A DNA stretch of 64,000 bases from contig OY969763.1 in the NCBI GenBank assembly GCA_963702845.1, positions 1,312,001-1,376,000 of the forward strand, in the 5' to 3' direction. Shown here piece by piece: positions 18,304 to 28,969 of the stretch. The stretch is from an uncultured Verrucomicrobiae bacterium. Its GTDB lineage: Bacteria > Verrucomicrobiota > Verrucomicrobiia > Limisphaerales > Palsa-1400. A program made the position numbers and the translations under genes. Positions within the stretch are counted from its first letter, which is position 1; each line of letters starts with the position of its first letter. The notes under the pieces were generated by a model. It saw nothing but the letters and a program-made list of their open reading frames with translations. It did not search any database and was not told the DNA's origin.

Positions 18304-21300
18304 TTAAGGAACGGTCAGGAGATAAAACGTCCGGGGAGTAGATGGATTTGCCGGGAGCGTGATATTGAAACTGCCGGAGCTGTCAAAATTGCCGCTTTGC
18401 ACAACCGGCCATGCCGATAACGGTCGCAAATCCACGTTTGTGGAACTCACTATATGATAAGAGCCGTTGGCCGGACCATTCACCGCTGAAAAACTGATGC
18501 CGGAGAACGCGCCGCCGGTGGTGACCGCGGCGGCATTCGCAAATGATGGCATGGGCGGAGGCGGAGGTGTGTAAGTCAGAGTCACTGTCCGGTTTGCGAT
18601 GTTGTCATATATGTATGCCCCCGAAGGCACGTTGCCCGCGACGAAGGTGCCGGAGCCTGTGCGGCTGGTGTAACTGAGCAGCACCTCGTCGTTGGAGTCG
18701 GCGGGCGCATTGGTTACGTCCACGGTGATGGGGCCGTTCATCGTTATGGCACCGGCAGAGATGAGAGATGAGGCGGCATCACCAAAAGCGCCAGATGCCA
18801 AATCGAAGCCAATTCGACTGCCGCTTCCAAAAGTCAGGTTGCTCATCGTCATTTGTAATTTGGCCCCGATTGGATCGAGGATTACTTCCAGCTCTCCAGC
18901 GGCGACAGTGTAATTCCGGTTGGCGCTGGTTGCGGTGGTGACGGTGAGCAATCCGTTGCTGACTGTGGTTGAACCGGTATAGGAGTTGGTGCCGGTGAGA
19001 TTCAGCGCGCCTGAACCAATCTTCACGAGCGAGCCAGCGCCCGAGATAGCCCGAAGGAGAGTTAACGTGCTGCTTGTCACCACGTCAAAATTGCAGGCTG
19101 CGCCGTTGAGCAAAAAGTTGTTCGATACCGTCAGCGTTGCTGCGGTCGCACTGCTGTTTTGCAACGTGCCGGAATTAAATGTGAGCTGATATGCGGTTTC
19201 GCTGCTGCCGAACAGGTCGAGCGTGCCGCCGCCGAGCACGATCGGACCAGCCGACGTGGCAATGATCTGTCGGCCGCCAGTTCCGGTGACTCGGGCCGTC
19301 CCGCTCGTGTTCACTGTCAATCCACCTTGAACACTGTGCACGTTGGCGCTGCTGGTTTTGTCCATGAGGTATGTTCCGCCGTTGACGACGACAGAGAGGC
19401 CAGCGTTGTTTTTATTGCCGCTGGTTTGAAACGTGCCGTTGCCCTGCAGGGTCATGGTCGCGGCAGCGCCACTGCCGACCGCAGTCATTGCGCCCTCAGT
19501 CTTCAAAATACCGTTGCCTTGCAGCGTTAGCGTCAACGTCGAAACATTCAGCGTTCCCGATCCAAGGTCGAGGTTTCCGGCACCGCCAAAGCTAAAGCTG
19601 GCCGTCCAGGATTCCGCGACGGTAGGGTGGAGTAAAATGTCCGATCCCGATGTGTTATCGATCGTGCCTCCATTGATTGTGAAAATTGTGTTACCGAGAG
19701 CGGAATTGGGGCCGCCGTCGCCACCATTATTGATGTTCAATTTGCCGGAGTTAAGAATCGTGCCACCGCTATAGTTATTGAGTCCCGATAACGTCAATGT
19801 CCCCGGCCCCTGCACGGTCAGTTGATACTTCAGGCCACTATCGGTAATAATGCCGCCGCAGCTGAGCATGTTTGATCGAACGGTCACGGCCAGACTGCTT
19901 CCCAATGTCACGGGGCCGTTGCCTAAATCCAGATTGGTTCGTGAACCCGCGTAGGTGAAGTTTCCGTTCCAATTTTCCTGGTTGGAAAAGTTCAAAATAA
20001 CATTTGTCCCACTGGTATTATCTAGCGTCGCGCCCGGATTCAGCGTGAGGGGCCCGGTGCCGATGGCGGATGGTCCGGTGCCGTCTCCGCCGTTATTGAT
20101 GGCCAGCGTACCCGAATTCACTATTGTGCCTCCGCTATACGTGTTTGCACTGGCGAGAGCGAGCAGTCCCGAGCCTTGTAACAGAACGCTGGTGTTCCCA
20201 GCGATCGCGCCCGAACCGTTGACGCTGTAGGTGGCCGTCCCACCCGCTGTATTGTTGACGGTCAGGCTCCCCGGCTGGACGGTGGTGTTCAACGCGATCG
20301 CCACCGCGCTATTCGCGTTATCATCAAAATTCAGCGCGATTCCGTCCGAATAATTCGTTGCAGTGCCAGCTCCCGACACGATCCAATCTTTTGTGGCGAA
20401 GTCCCACGGGCCGGAGGCCGAGGGTCCCCAGGAAATAGAGACATTGGGCGAACTGCTGACCACCAGGTTGATCGTGTTGCCGTTTTGCACAAGATTGGCG
20501 GTAACTCCTGCAGGCAGCGATGTGATCGACGGCAAGGTGCCGCCCGTCAATGTCAGGGTCCCGCTGCACGTCATCAGTGGATAAGTTCCGACGAGTATCG
20601 CGTTGCCTTCAATGGTCACACTGTCCGAACTGTCCAACGACAGATCGCCGGCAACACGAATTACGCTGGCCAACGGACTGAGTTGAACATTGGCGAAGTT
20701 AAAATCCACTGTGGCGTTGTTTGCCATAGCAAGACCTGCATTGGTCCAGGATTGTCCTTTGGCTCCGAGCACCGTGGAGAGAACCGTTCCGCTATTCATG
20801 CTGACTGTCCCGATTGAAGTCCCAACGGCGTTACTGAAAGTCAATTGCCCGTTGAAGACCGTCGTTGACCCTGCGTAAGAGTTGGAGCCGCCTAAAGTGA
20901 GAATGCCGCCGCCGGTTTTGTTCAAGCCGCCAGGACCAGAAACTCCGCCCGTGAAACTAATATTGAATGGTGTTCCATTCGCGTCGGTGGCTTGCGCGGT
21001 CAGGTTGCCGTTGGTTGTGGTCAAAGTGACGGGCACCGACGAGACCCAATTCGCCGTAGCTCCAATCGTGCCTCCGGAAAGATTCACTGCCAGCGTGTTC
21101 AAGCCAGTCACTCCGTTGACGACAGCCATGCCGTTGACATCGAGGTAGAGCTGCCCGCCGGTCAGGTTGATCTGACAAGGAGGATTATTCGTATAAACCG
21201 CCGCCGCGCTGCCGATCAGGAATCCTTTCGCCGTCGTTATTCCACCGGAAATGTTGATCACCGCTCCGGCATTGGTCGTATACGCTCCCGAACTGATCGC

Positions 21301-22187
21301 CAGCATCGTGAAGTTCGAGATGGTAGAGGCGGTCACCCCGGGCGGCGCGGAAATGCTGGAGCCGATATTAACGGTCCCGCCCAACACATTCAGGGTGCTG
21401 TTATCGGCGAGTTGAAAGGTCACAAAGAGCCATGTTACCAAGCGTGCCCAGCACTCCCGTCCCGCTGACGTTAAAATATCCCGGCTGGCCTCGTGAAATC
21501 TTCATTCCGCCAACCGCGGTGTTCCGCAATGTTCCCCCGCTCAAGTTCCATATCGCCGGTGCAGCTATGTTTCGTCCGAGGGTGAAGGAGTTGAAGGCAA
21601 CCGCTCCACCCGTCTGGTTTACCGTGACGGCATCGGCCAGGAACGTTCCGCCTTCTGTAAAGTTTCCGTTGGTGATGTTGATAGTGCTAAAGGCAGCGCC
21701 GACACCTTTCCAAATGGGGTTGCCGGTCGTGCTCGCCCAACCATTCCCGATCGTCAGCGTTGCGTTGCTGCCCACAGAAATTGTCTGGCCTGTCGTGCTT
21801 AATGGGCAATTCAGTACGACACTGACGTCATTGGACAACGTCATGGTGCTGGTGTTGGTCAACCGTGACCCGGAGAGGGTGTAACCACTCATCCGGAATG
21901 CCACGACTGCGGCGCCGACGTTGCCATCCACATTGATGCTGTAAGTGCCGGGAGTGGACGCGCCAATGATGGCGTCATTGGCATTGGCCCAGGTCTGGTC
22001 GCTGGCGTTGTTATACCAGGCGCTGGCGGCATGCCAGTTTCCGCTGCCATCGGAAGCAGCACCGCCCACAGCCGGGTCCCAGTAAAGGGTGATCGCGCGG
22101 GCTGTGGCCGTTGCCAGAAATAAGGCGGCCAAAGCAAGGGGTGAGATACGAAGCGTATCGGGCGTGAGAGGTTTTAACGGTTTTCAT
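18304..22187 (-). CDS. Large secreted protein with autotransporter-associated beta-strand repeats; two frameshifts (~22183, ~21410)
   Basis: Repeated KxGxGxLTLxGxNxYxGxTxV motifs. ORFs 21401-22132 and 18304-21441 join after removing one base. Removing one A after ATG 22187 gives MKPLKPLTPDTLRISPLALAALFLATATARA. Confidence 0.85.
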
Positions 22188-22336
22188 TTATATATGAACC
22201 GCAGGCGTGCTTGAATAACACGCGCGCATTGGGTATTGGCCGACAATGCGTTGATTGAAAATCGTGGTCAAACTTATATTTTTCTGCGGCTGGCAATTTT
22301 TCCGGGCGCGAGCCGCAACGTTCGTTGGAGCATTCC

Positions 22337-22354
22337 TCAGGGGGCCATCTTGTG
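22337..22354 (-). pseudogene. Terminal codons (KMAP*) of a deleted gene homologous to the 17828 remnant
   Basis: AAG ATG GCC CCC TGA versus AAG ATG GTC CCT TGA; 14/16 nt identical; lies on the same side of a homologous leader. Confidence 0.55.
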
Positions 22355-22418
22355 TATGTTGCGTATTTATAGACGTTTATGCAGTGTTTTTAGGCTGGTT
22401 ATCGGCGGGTTAGGAGGC

Positions 22419-22754
22419 TTGTACAGCGCCGTCGTACACGTGTACAGCGGCGCTGTGCACTTGAACGGAGCCGCTGTGCACTTGAACGGAGCCGCTGTGC
22501 ACTTGAACGGAGCCGCTGTGCACTTGAACGGAGCCGCTGTACACTTGCACGGAGCCGCTGTACACTTGCACGGAGCCGCTGTACACTTGCACGGAGCCGC
22601 TGTACACTTGCACGGAGCCGCTGTACACTTGCACGACGGGACGGTAAAGTGGTACGGAGCCGCCGTCCAAATGGACGCCGCCGCTGTACGGGTGGACGGA
22701 GCGGCTGTACGGGTGGACGAAGGCGCGGTACACTTGCACGGCGGGATTGTTCAA
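22419..22754. repeat. 21-bp tandem array B, 16 units
   Basis: TTGAACGGAGCCGCTGTGCAC x3, one intermediate unit, TTGCACGGAGCCGCTGTACAC x4, degenerate flanking units. Confidence 0.97.
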
Positions 22755-22895
22755 TCGAGCGGACCTCGCGTAAGTGGGGTCACGCGGGGAAAATGGTTTT
22801 ATGAGCCCATAAAACGATAAAATGGGTCAATAAAATCGTTTTATGAGGTGGTGGGGAAATTGATGGAGGTGGCTGGAATCTAGCTATTTGCCGGT

Positions 22896-23276
22896 TCATG
22901 CCCAAAGCCGACTCACAAGTGAAAAAAGAACGGTAATCAGCAATCCAAATGCGACGGTAAAAAGAAGTGCTACAGCGCCTTTCCCAATCGCGCGAAATAA
23001 TCCACCGCCCGGGAATGTGGCGTTTAGGATATAATAATATCCGGACACCGGAACTACCACTTGCGCGATCATCATAAAAGCCGAGTCCCAATTACCACGA
23101 AACAAATCCGGTTTCGCGATTAAGATGAGACCTAGGACGACAGTCACGGCGAACTGAGCGGCCATTACACAGAGGATTTGAATGAAAGGCGATTTGCGCA
23201 TTCCCGCTTTCGTATCTACCAGATGCACATTTTCCATGTTGATGTATAGCTCAAATCCCCTCAAGAATTCCCTCAC
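22896..23276 (-). CDS. Small membrane hypothetical protein (3 TM), lower GC
   Basis: Three hydrophobic segments; start uncertain. Confidence 0.55.
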   Translation of the reverse strand: MREFLRGFELYINMENVHLVDTKAGMRKSPFIQILCVMAAQFAVTVVLGLILIAKPDLFRGNWDSAFMMIAQVVVPVSGYYYILNATFPGGGLFRAIGKGAVALLFTVAFGLLITVLFSLVSRLWA

Positions 23277-23321
23277 ATATTCCCCATTTGTAGCGTATGG
23301 TCACCGTTCGGTAAGACTCAA

Positions 23322-25400
23322 ATGACACCTAAACTATTTTCAGAACTCGGCCTTTCACCCAATATCCTCAAGGCCATCGAGAAGCTCGGCTTCGAACAGG
23401 CCTCGCCCATTCAGGCCGAATCGATCCCGGTCTTGATGTCCGGACGCGATGTCGTCGGCCAATCCCAAACCGGCTCCGGCAAAACCGTCGCCTTCGCCGC
23501 GCCCGCCATCGAGAAGGTCGATGTCGCCGTGCGCGCCGTGCAGATTTTGATTCTTTGCCCGACGCGCGAGTTGGCGGTGCAGGTTTCTGAAGAGGTGCAT
23601 AAGCTGGCGTTTTTCACGCGCGGCATTCATGCGCTGCCCATTTACGGCGGGCAATCGTATGACCGGCAAATTTCGGGGTTGCGCCAGGGCGCGCAGATCG
23701 TCATCGGCACGCCGGGACGTGTCATGGACCACATGCGTCGCGGGACGTTGCGGCTGGATAAGGTGAAGATGGTGATCCTCGACGAGGTGGACATCATGTT
23801 GAACATGGGTTTCCGCGATGACATGGAAACGATTCTCAAAGAGACGCCCAAGGAACGGCAGACGGTGCTGTTCTCGGCGACGATTCCGCGCGCGATCCAG
23901 GATTTGATTTCCAAATACACGCGCGACCCTCAAAGGGTGGCCATCGAGCGCAAGGAGCTGACGGTGCCGACGGTGGAGCAGGTGTATTACGAAGTGGATC
24001 GCCGCTTCAAAATCGAACTACTGACGCGCTTGATCGATATTTATGATCTGAAGCTCGGGATTATTTTCTGCAACACGAAGCGCATGGTGGATGATCTGGT
24101 GGATCATTTGAACGCGCAGGGGTATTCGGCGGATCGTTTGCACGGTGACATGAACCAGCAGCAGCGCGATCGCGTGATGATGAAGTTTCGCAAGAGCGGT
24201 TTGGAATTTCTCGTCGCGACAGACATCGCGGCGCGCGGCATCGACGTGGATGACGTGCAGGTTGTTTTCAATTACGACCTGCCCTACGACGTGGAAGATT
24301 ATTTGCATCGCATTGGCCGAACCGGTCGCGCGGGCAAGAGTGGTCGCGCCATATCGTTTGTTGGCGGGCGTGAGTTGTTTCAAATCCAAAACATCGAACG
24401 CTTCACGAAAGTGCGCATTCACCGTTCGCAAGTCCCCACCGCTCAGGCAGTGGAAGAAGCGCGCGCGAATGTTTTCATCGAAGAGCTGCGCAATATTTTA
24501 AAGACCGGTGAGTTCAAGAAACAGGATCATTTGGTCGAGCGTTTGTTGGAAGAAGGGTTTACTTCGACGGATATTGCGTCGGCGTTGATCCATCAATTGC
24601 AAAACGGCGCCGGCGCACCCGCCAAACCCGCTCCGCAACCTGAAGAGCAACGGCCGCGCTACGACGATTCACGCGGACGTCGCGATGATGGCCCCCGTGG
24701 TTTTAGCGATCGGCGCGAGGAGCGTTTTGACCGACGTGATGAGCGTCCCATGCGCCGCGATGATCGTCCGCCGATGCGTCGTGACGACCGTCCAGCGCGA
24801 GATGAGCGTCCGGCACGATCAAATTTCGCTGGCGACCGTCAAGCCCCGGCAACGCGCAAGCCGTGGACTACCGGCGAACCGCGCCCTGTGCGAACACCAG
24901 CCCCAACAGCAAAACCACAAATCGCGCCAGTTTCTGAAACCGCGCCGGTTGAAAAGATCGAAAAGAAATCCACTCCAAAAGAACCGGCCGTTGCCAAAGC
25001 CCCCGTCGCCAAAGCTCAAGCTCCCGCAGCTGAAACCTCCGCTGCTGTCGAAGAAGCAACGCAACCGGCGCGTGTCGAAAAGCCAAGTCGGCCTGCAAAA
25101 TCTCGCGGCCCCTTCGCCGCACCATTCGGCGCTCCCCCGCCCAAGCCCGCGAGCCGTCGCACACCCGATGAACAAACCCGTCTCTTCATGAATGTTGGCG
25201 TGGAAATGGGAGTCGAAAAAGGCGATGTCGTAGGAGCAATTTTAGGTGAAACAGGATTGCCCGGCGCGACCGTAGGGACAGTGGACCTTCGCGAACGTCA
25301 TGTATTTGTCGACGTCGCGAAAGAGCACGCCAACGCCATTATTTCCAAGTTGAACCGCACGCAAATCAAAGGGCATAAACTTAAGGTGAAGGTCGCTTAG
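23322..25400 (+). CDS. deaD: DEAD-box RNA helicase (DeaD/CsdA type) with C-terminal DbpA RNA-binding domain
   Basis: Q motif, QTGSGKT, PTRELA, TPGR, DEVD, SAT, HRIGRTGRAG; DbpA-like C-terminus. Confidence 0.95.
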   Translation: MTPKLFSELGLSPNILKAIEKLGFEQASPIQAESIPVLMSGRDVVGQSQTGSGKTVAFAAPAIEKVDVAVRAVQILILCPTRELAVQVSEEVHKLAFFTRGIHALPIYGGQSYDRQISGLRQGAQIVIGTPGRVMDHMRRGTLRLDKVKMVILDEVDIMLNMGFRDDMETILKETPKERQTVLFSATIPRAIQDLISKYTRDPQRVAIERKELTVPTVEQVYYEVDRRFKIELLTRLIDIYDLKLGIIFCNTKRMVDDLVDHLNAQGYSADRLHGDMNQQQRDRVMMKFRKSGLEFLVATDIAARGIDVDDVQVVFNYDLPYDVEDYLHRIGRTGRAGKSGRAISFVGGRELFQIQNIERFTKVRIHRSQVPTAQAVEEARANVFIEELRNILKTGEFKKQDHLVERLLEEGFTSTDIASALIHQLQNGAGAPAKPAPQPEEQRPRYDDSRGRRDDGPRGFSDRREERFDRRDERPMRRDDRPPMRRDDRPARDERPARSNFAGDRQAPATRKPWTTGEPRPVRTPAPTAKPQIAPVSETAPVEKIEKKSTPKEPAVAKAPVAKAQAPAAETSAAVEEATQPARVEKPSRPAKSRGPFAAPFGAPPPKPASRRTPDEQTRLFMNVGVEMGVEKGDVVGAILGETGLPGATVGTVDLRERHVFVDVAKEHANAIISKLNRTQIKGHKLKVKVA

Positions 25401-25414
25401 GTCTCGGGAGACGA

Positions 25415-27313
25415 ATGTCCGCAATCCTGACTGCCGCAGATCTTGAAGTCCGGCACAACGAACTCGTTGTGCTCGACCGCGCCTCGCTTGCGATTGAAGA
25501 GAACGGGCGCGTTGGAATGGTCGGTCGCAATGGTTGTGGCAAATCGACTTTCTTAAAAATCATTGCGGGTCAGATCACTCCGGATGCCGGGGAAGTTGTG
25601 CGCCGACGCGATTTGGTGGTCGGTTATTTGCCCCAGGAATTCGCGCTCGACCCGACTCTAACGGTCGAAGGCAACGTCCGCACCGGCGCAAAACAGGTGC
25701 TCGATTTAATTCACGAATTTGAATCGTTGCCAGCCGATTCCAAAAAACATGGTGAACTTGAAGAGCACATTCTGCGGCTGGACGGCTGGGGAATTGATCG
25801 ACACATCCAAACCGCGATGGCGCATCTGAGTTGTCCCGCTGCTGATCGCCAAATCTCAACATTAAGCGGCGGTGAAAAACGGCGCGTCGCGTTGTGCAGG
25901 GCAATTATTGCGCAGCCTGACCTTCTGATTCTCGATGAGCCGACAAACCATCTCGATACAGAGTCAATCGAGTGGTTGGGCGAATTCCTGCTAAACTATC
26001 GCGGTGCATTTTTGATGGTCACGCACGACCGCTATTTTCTGGATCGCATTACCAATAGCATCGTCGAACTGGCCAATGGCCGATTTTATTCCTACACCGG
26101 TAACTACACCGATTATCTACAAGCCAAAGAGCAACGACAGGCCGCCGAAGAATCGGTCGAACACGCGCGGCAGACGTTTTTGAAACGCGAACTGGAATGG
26201 GTTCGCAGTGGCGTGCAGGCCCGTCGCACAAAAAAGAAAGATCGCTTCGAACGCTATTACGAAGTCGCCGCCCAATCCGGTCCTAATGTTGAGAGCGATA
26301 TCGAACTGGTCATTCCGCCGCCGCCCCCATTGGGCAATCGCGTGGTTGAACTAACTCGCGTCGGCGTGGAACTGGGGGGGCGCACTTTGTTTTCCGGATT
26401 GGATTTGGAATTCAAGGCCGGCGATCGCATCGGGATCACTGGCCGAAATGGACTTGGTAAGACGACGTTGTTGAAAGTCGTCTTAGGCGAGTTGCAACCG
26501 ACCGAAGGCACGGTGAAGATCGGGCAGTTGACTCAGTACAATTACGTCGACCAGGGCCGATTGCAGTTGCGCGATGACCGGACGGTTCTCGAGGAGATTA
26601 GCGATGGAACGGAGTTCGTGGTGTTCGGCGATGAAACCCTGTCCCTGCGCGCATATCTGAAACGATTTCTGTTCACCGACGATCGCATCAGCACGCAGGT
26701 GAAATTTCTCAGCGGCGGCGAGCGAAGCCGGTTGTTGTTGGCGCGAATTCTCAAGAACGGCGGTAACTTTCTCGTGCTCGACGAACCGACAAATGATCTG
26801 GACCTGCCGACGTTGCGCATTTTGGAAGAGGCGCTGGTGGCGTTCCCCGGCGTTGTGCTGGTTGTCAGCCACGACCGTTATTTTTTGAACCGTGTTTGCA
26901 CCGGTATCCTTGCGTTCGAAGGGCAGGGGAAAGTGCATTACAGCGTTGGTGATTACGATTATTACCTCGAAAAGCGGGTGCGCACTGCCGTGTCGCAACC
27001 GGTCGAGCCAAAGGTTAAGGCCGGCGAACCTAACGAACCGAAGAAGCAATCTTCGTCACGTCCGCGCAAGTTGTCGTTCAAGGAACAGCGCGAGTTGGAC
27101 GGAATGGAAGCGGCGGTGCTTGCCGCCGAGGAGAACGTCGCTCGCATTGAAGCGTTGTTCGTCGATCCTGATTTTCATCGTAAATACGGCCAGCGGATTG
27201 ACGAGCTGCAAGCTGAGTTGGCGGCCGAAAAAGAGCGGATAGCGAAGCTCTACGAACGCTGGCAGGAACTTGAGGCTATTCGCACCGCATCCGCCACGAA
27301 CCCCGTGTCTTAA
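25415..27313 (+). CDS. ABC-F family ATPase (Uup/EttA-like)
   Basis: Two ABC domains (GRNGCGKS, GRNGLGKT; LSGGE twice), C-terminal coiled coil RKLSFKEQRE, no TM. Confidence 0.93.
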   Translation: MSAILTAADLEVRHNELVVLDRASLAIEENGRVGMVGRNGCGKSTFLKIIAGQITPDAGEVVRRRDLVVGYLPQEFALDPTLTVEGNVRTGAKQVLDLIHEFESLPADSKKHGELEEHILRLDGWGIDRHIQTAMAHLSCPAADRQISTLSGGEKRRVALCRAIIAQPDLLILDEPTNHLDTESIEWLGEFLLNYRGAFLMVTHDRYFLDRITNSIVELANGRFYSYTGNYTDYLQAKEQRQAAEESVEHARQTFLKRELEWVRSGVQARRTKKKDRFERYYEVAAQSGPNVESDIELVIPPPPPLGNRVVELTRVGVELGGRTLFSGLDLEFKAGDRIGITGRNGLGKTTLLKVVLGELQPTEGTVKIGQLTQYNYVDQGRLQLRDDRTVLEEISDGTEFVVFGDETLSLRAYLKRFLFTDDRISTQVKFLSGGERSRLLLARILKNGGNFLVLDEPTNDLDLPTLRILEEALVAFPGVVLVVSHDRYFLNRVCTGILAFEGQGKVHYSVGDYDYYLEKRVRTAVSQPVEPKVKAGEPNEPKKQSSSRPRKLSFKEQRELDGMEAAVLAAEENVARIEALFVDPDFHRKYGQRIDELQAELAAEKERIAKLYERWQELEAIRTASATNPVS

Positions 27314-27397
27314 CTCAAAGTGAATTTACTTGACGGTTGTAACGTCTAATCCAGCGAGTCGCGCGATTGATGTTGAGACGTTATGTTAGATGAACAT

Positions 27398-27829
27398 ATG
27401 AAGATACTTCTGGCAATTCTGCTGACAGTAATGGTCGGATGGGGAACGGCTACGCTGGCGCAAAACAGTCCGGCCACGGCTCACTCTGCGGCTGGTGATG
27501 CTCACCCAGCAGCGGCAGATCCGCATCCCGCCAAAGCGGACGCGCATCCTGCGGCCCCAACTGAAATCCATCCGTCGTTCCCGGGCCATTCTTCTGAAAC
27601 GAATTTTGCAGTCGGCGCCGTTGCAGCCACTGTGCCACTCGCAACGACCGCCCTGAACGCCACAACGCCGACGCCCATTGAAAATCTCTCAATTCCAACA
27701 TTTATTGCAACGCCGCCGCCTGCTCAGGGCACTTCTGTAACGACGACCAATCTGTCGACGACGTCAACTAATCAGACCGCAGTCACCGCGCCCGTGACGA
27801 CAAGTCCTCCACCGACCGGCACGCCCTGA
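27398..27829 (+). CDS. Secreted Ala/Thr/Pro-rich low-complexity protein
   Basis: Signal peptide MKILLAILLTVMVGWGTATLA; AHP heptads; Thr-rich tail. Confidence 0.6.
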   Translation: MKILLAILLTVMVGWGTATLAQNSPATAHSAAGDAHPAAADPHPAKADAHPAAPTEIHPSFPGHSSETNFAVGAVAATVPLATTALNATTPTPIENLSIPTFIATPPPAQGTSVTTTNLSTTSTNQTAVTAPVTTSPPPTGTP

Positions 27830-27850
27830 CCTTGCCGTGGACTGTGAGGT

Positions 27851-28882
27851 TTAGAATGTGGGATGTTTTTGCATTACCGCGATGGCGTCTTCGTAAGTAA
27901 ACGCGCCCGGGCTGCCGCGGTATTCCTTGAAGCTCCAGAAGATGTAGTTCACGTGCAGTTTCTCGTGGGCGAATCGGAAAATTTCGTCGAGCGGAACGTA
28001 CCCTGCAGGCGGCGCGGCGAGGTTTCGGCCGGCATTGCCCATGTTGCGGGAATCGTTTTTGTCGTGGCGATAGGAATCGTCCTGTGCGCTGCAAAATAGT
28101 TTTAAGCGACCATTGAATTTGTCGTAGAGCTGATAGGCGGGTTGAAGTCGTTTGCGATAGGGAAGAATGTCGGGACCACCCATTACGATTTTGCCGGGAG
28201 CGAGCGCTTCTGCGACATCGGCAAGATATGCGCTGTTTTGCTCGAGGTGGTTCATATACCAAAAGACCTGACTTCGACTGAAGGCTTTGCTGGCCGCGCT
28301 GAGAATTTGAATGAGGGCGTCGCGATATTTTTCGGGAGTGTAGCTGTTTCGGTTCAGCGTTGACGGCGAGAGCATCAAGGCCGATTCCTGAAAGGCGATG
28401 CCTTCAAACGTGGGATCGTTGTCGAATTGTTTGGCAAGCGCCTCGCTCAGCGCGATGAGTCGCGCAACGACGACGGGTTCCCAACGTTTGGCGGTGTAGC
28501 CCCGAAGGTTGGGCAACGCGTATTGGGCGAGGTATTGCGGCAGTGGATTGTGATTTGGCTGAAAAGTTTTGTCGGTGATGAAGACGACAAGTTGTTTATG
28601 GTGGGCTGCGGCGTATTTGAGGTCGCTACGGATTGAAGCAAAGTCGTAACGGTCCTTTTGCGGTTCGAGTTCCGACCAGTAGTAACGCTTGTTGACGCCG
28701 CGCACGGCTGGTTCGTCGAGATGACTGATGGACGAAATCGATTCGCGTTCAGTGATCGCGACGTAATGGCCGCCGTGGAATTTGCGTTCAGCGGCGTGGC
28801 CGGTTGCGACAGCGAAGAGAAAAAGCAATGCCGCGACAAGTGTGTGTGAATGGCCGGAGCGCATGTGCATCATCAGGCACAA
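27851..28882 (-). CDS. Secreted glycoside-hydrolase-like (TIM barrel) protein
   Basis: Signal peptide; YYWSELEPQKDRYDF, FEGIAFQES. Confidence 0.6.
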   Translation of the reverse strand: MCLMMHMRSGHSHTLVAALLFLFAVATGHAAERKFHGGHYVAITERESISSISHLDEPAVRGVNKRYYWSELEPQKDRYDFASIRSDLKYAAAHHKQLVVFITDKTFQPNHNPLPQYLAQYALPNLRGYTAKRWEPVVVARLIALSEALAKQFDNDPTFEGIAFQESALMLSPSTLNRNSYTPEKYRDALIQILSAASKAFSRSQVFWYMNHLEQNSAYLADVAEALAPGKIVMGGPDILPYRKRLQPAYQLYDKFNGRLKLFCSAQDDSYRHDKNDSRNMGNAGRNLAAPPAGYVPLDEIFRFAHEKLHVNYIFWSFKEYRGSPGAFTYEDAIAVMQKHPTF

Positions 28883-28969
28883 AACGCGACGAAAATTCCA
28901 TTTTATTCGCGTTTGATTTTATCACGCGCAGCAGTGATAAAGCGGCGATCGAGATTCGGCTGAATTGCG

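Noticed and set aside
22419..22754. CRISPR array (also considered for arrays A and C)
   Set aside because: The period is 21 bp with no unique 30-40 nt spacers, and no cas genes are in the window.
27470..27575. Fourth 21-bp array
   Set aside because: These are AHP heptads inside a signal-peptide-bearing ORF, with no matching leader or linked FN3-like gene; an ordinary coding repeat.
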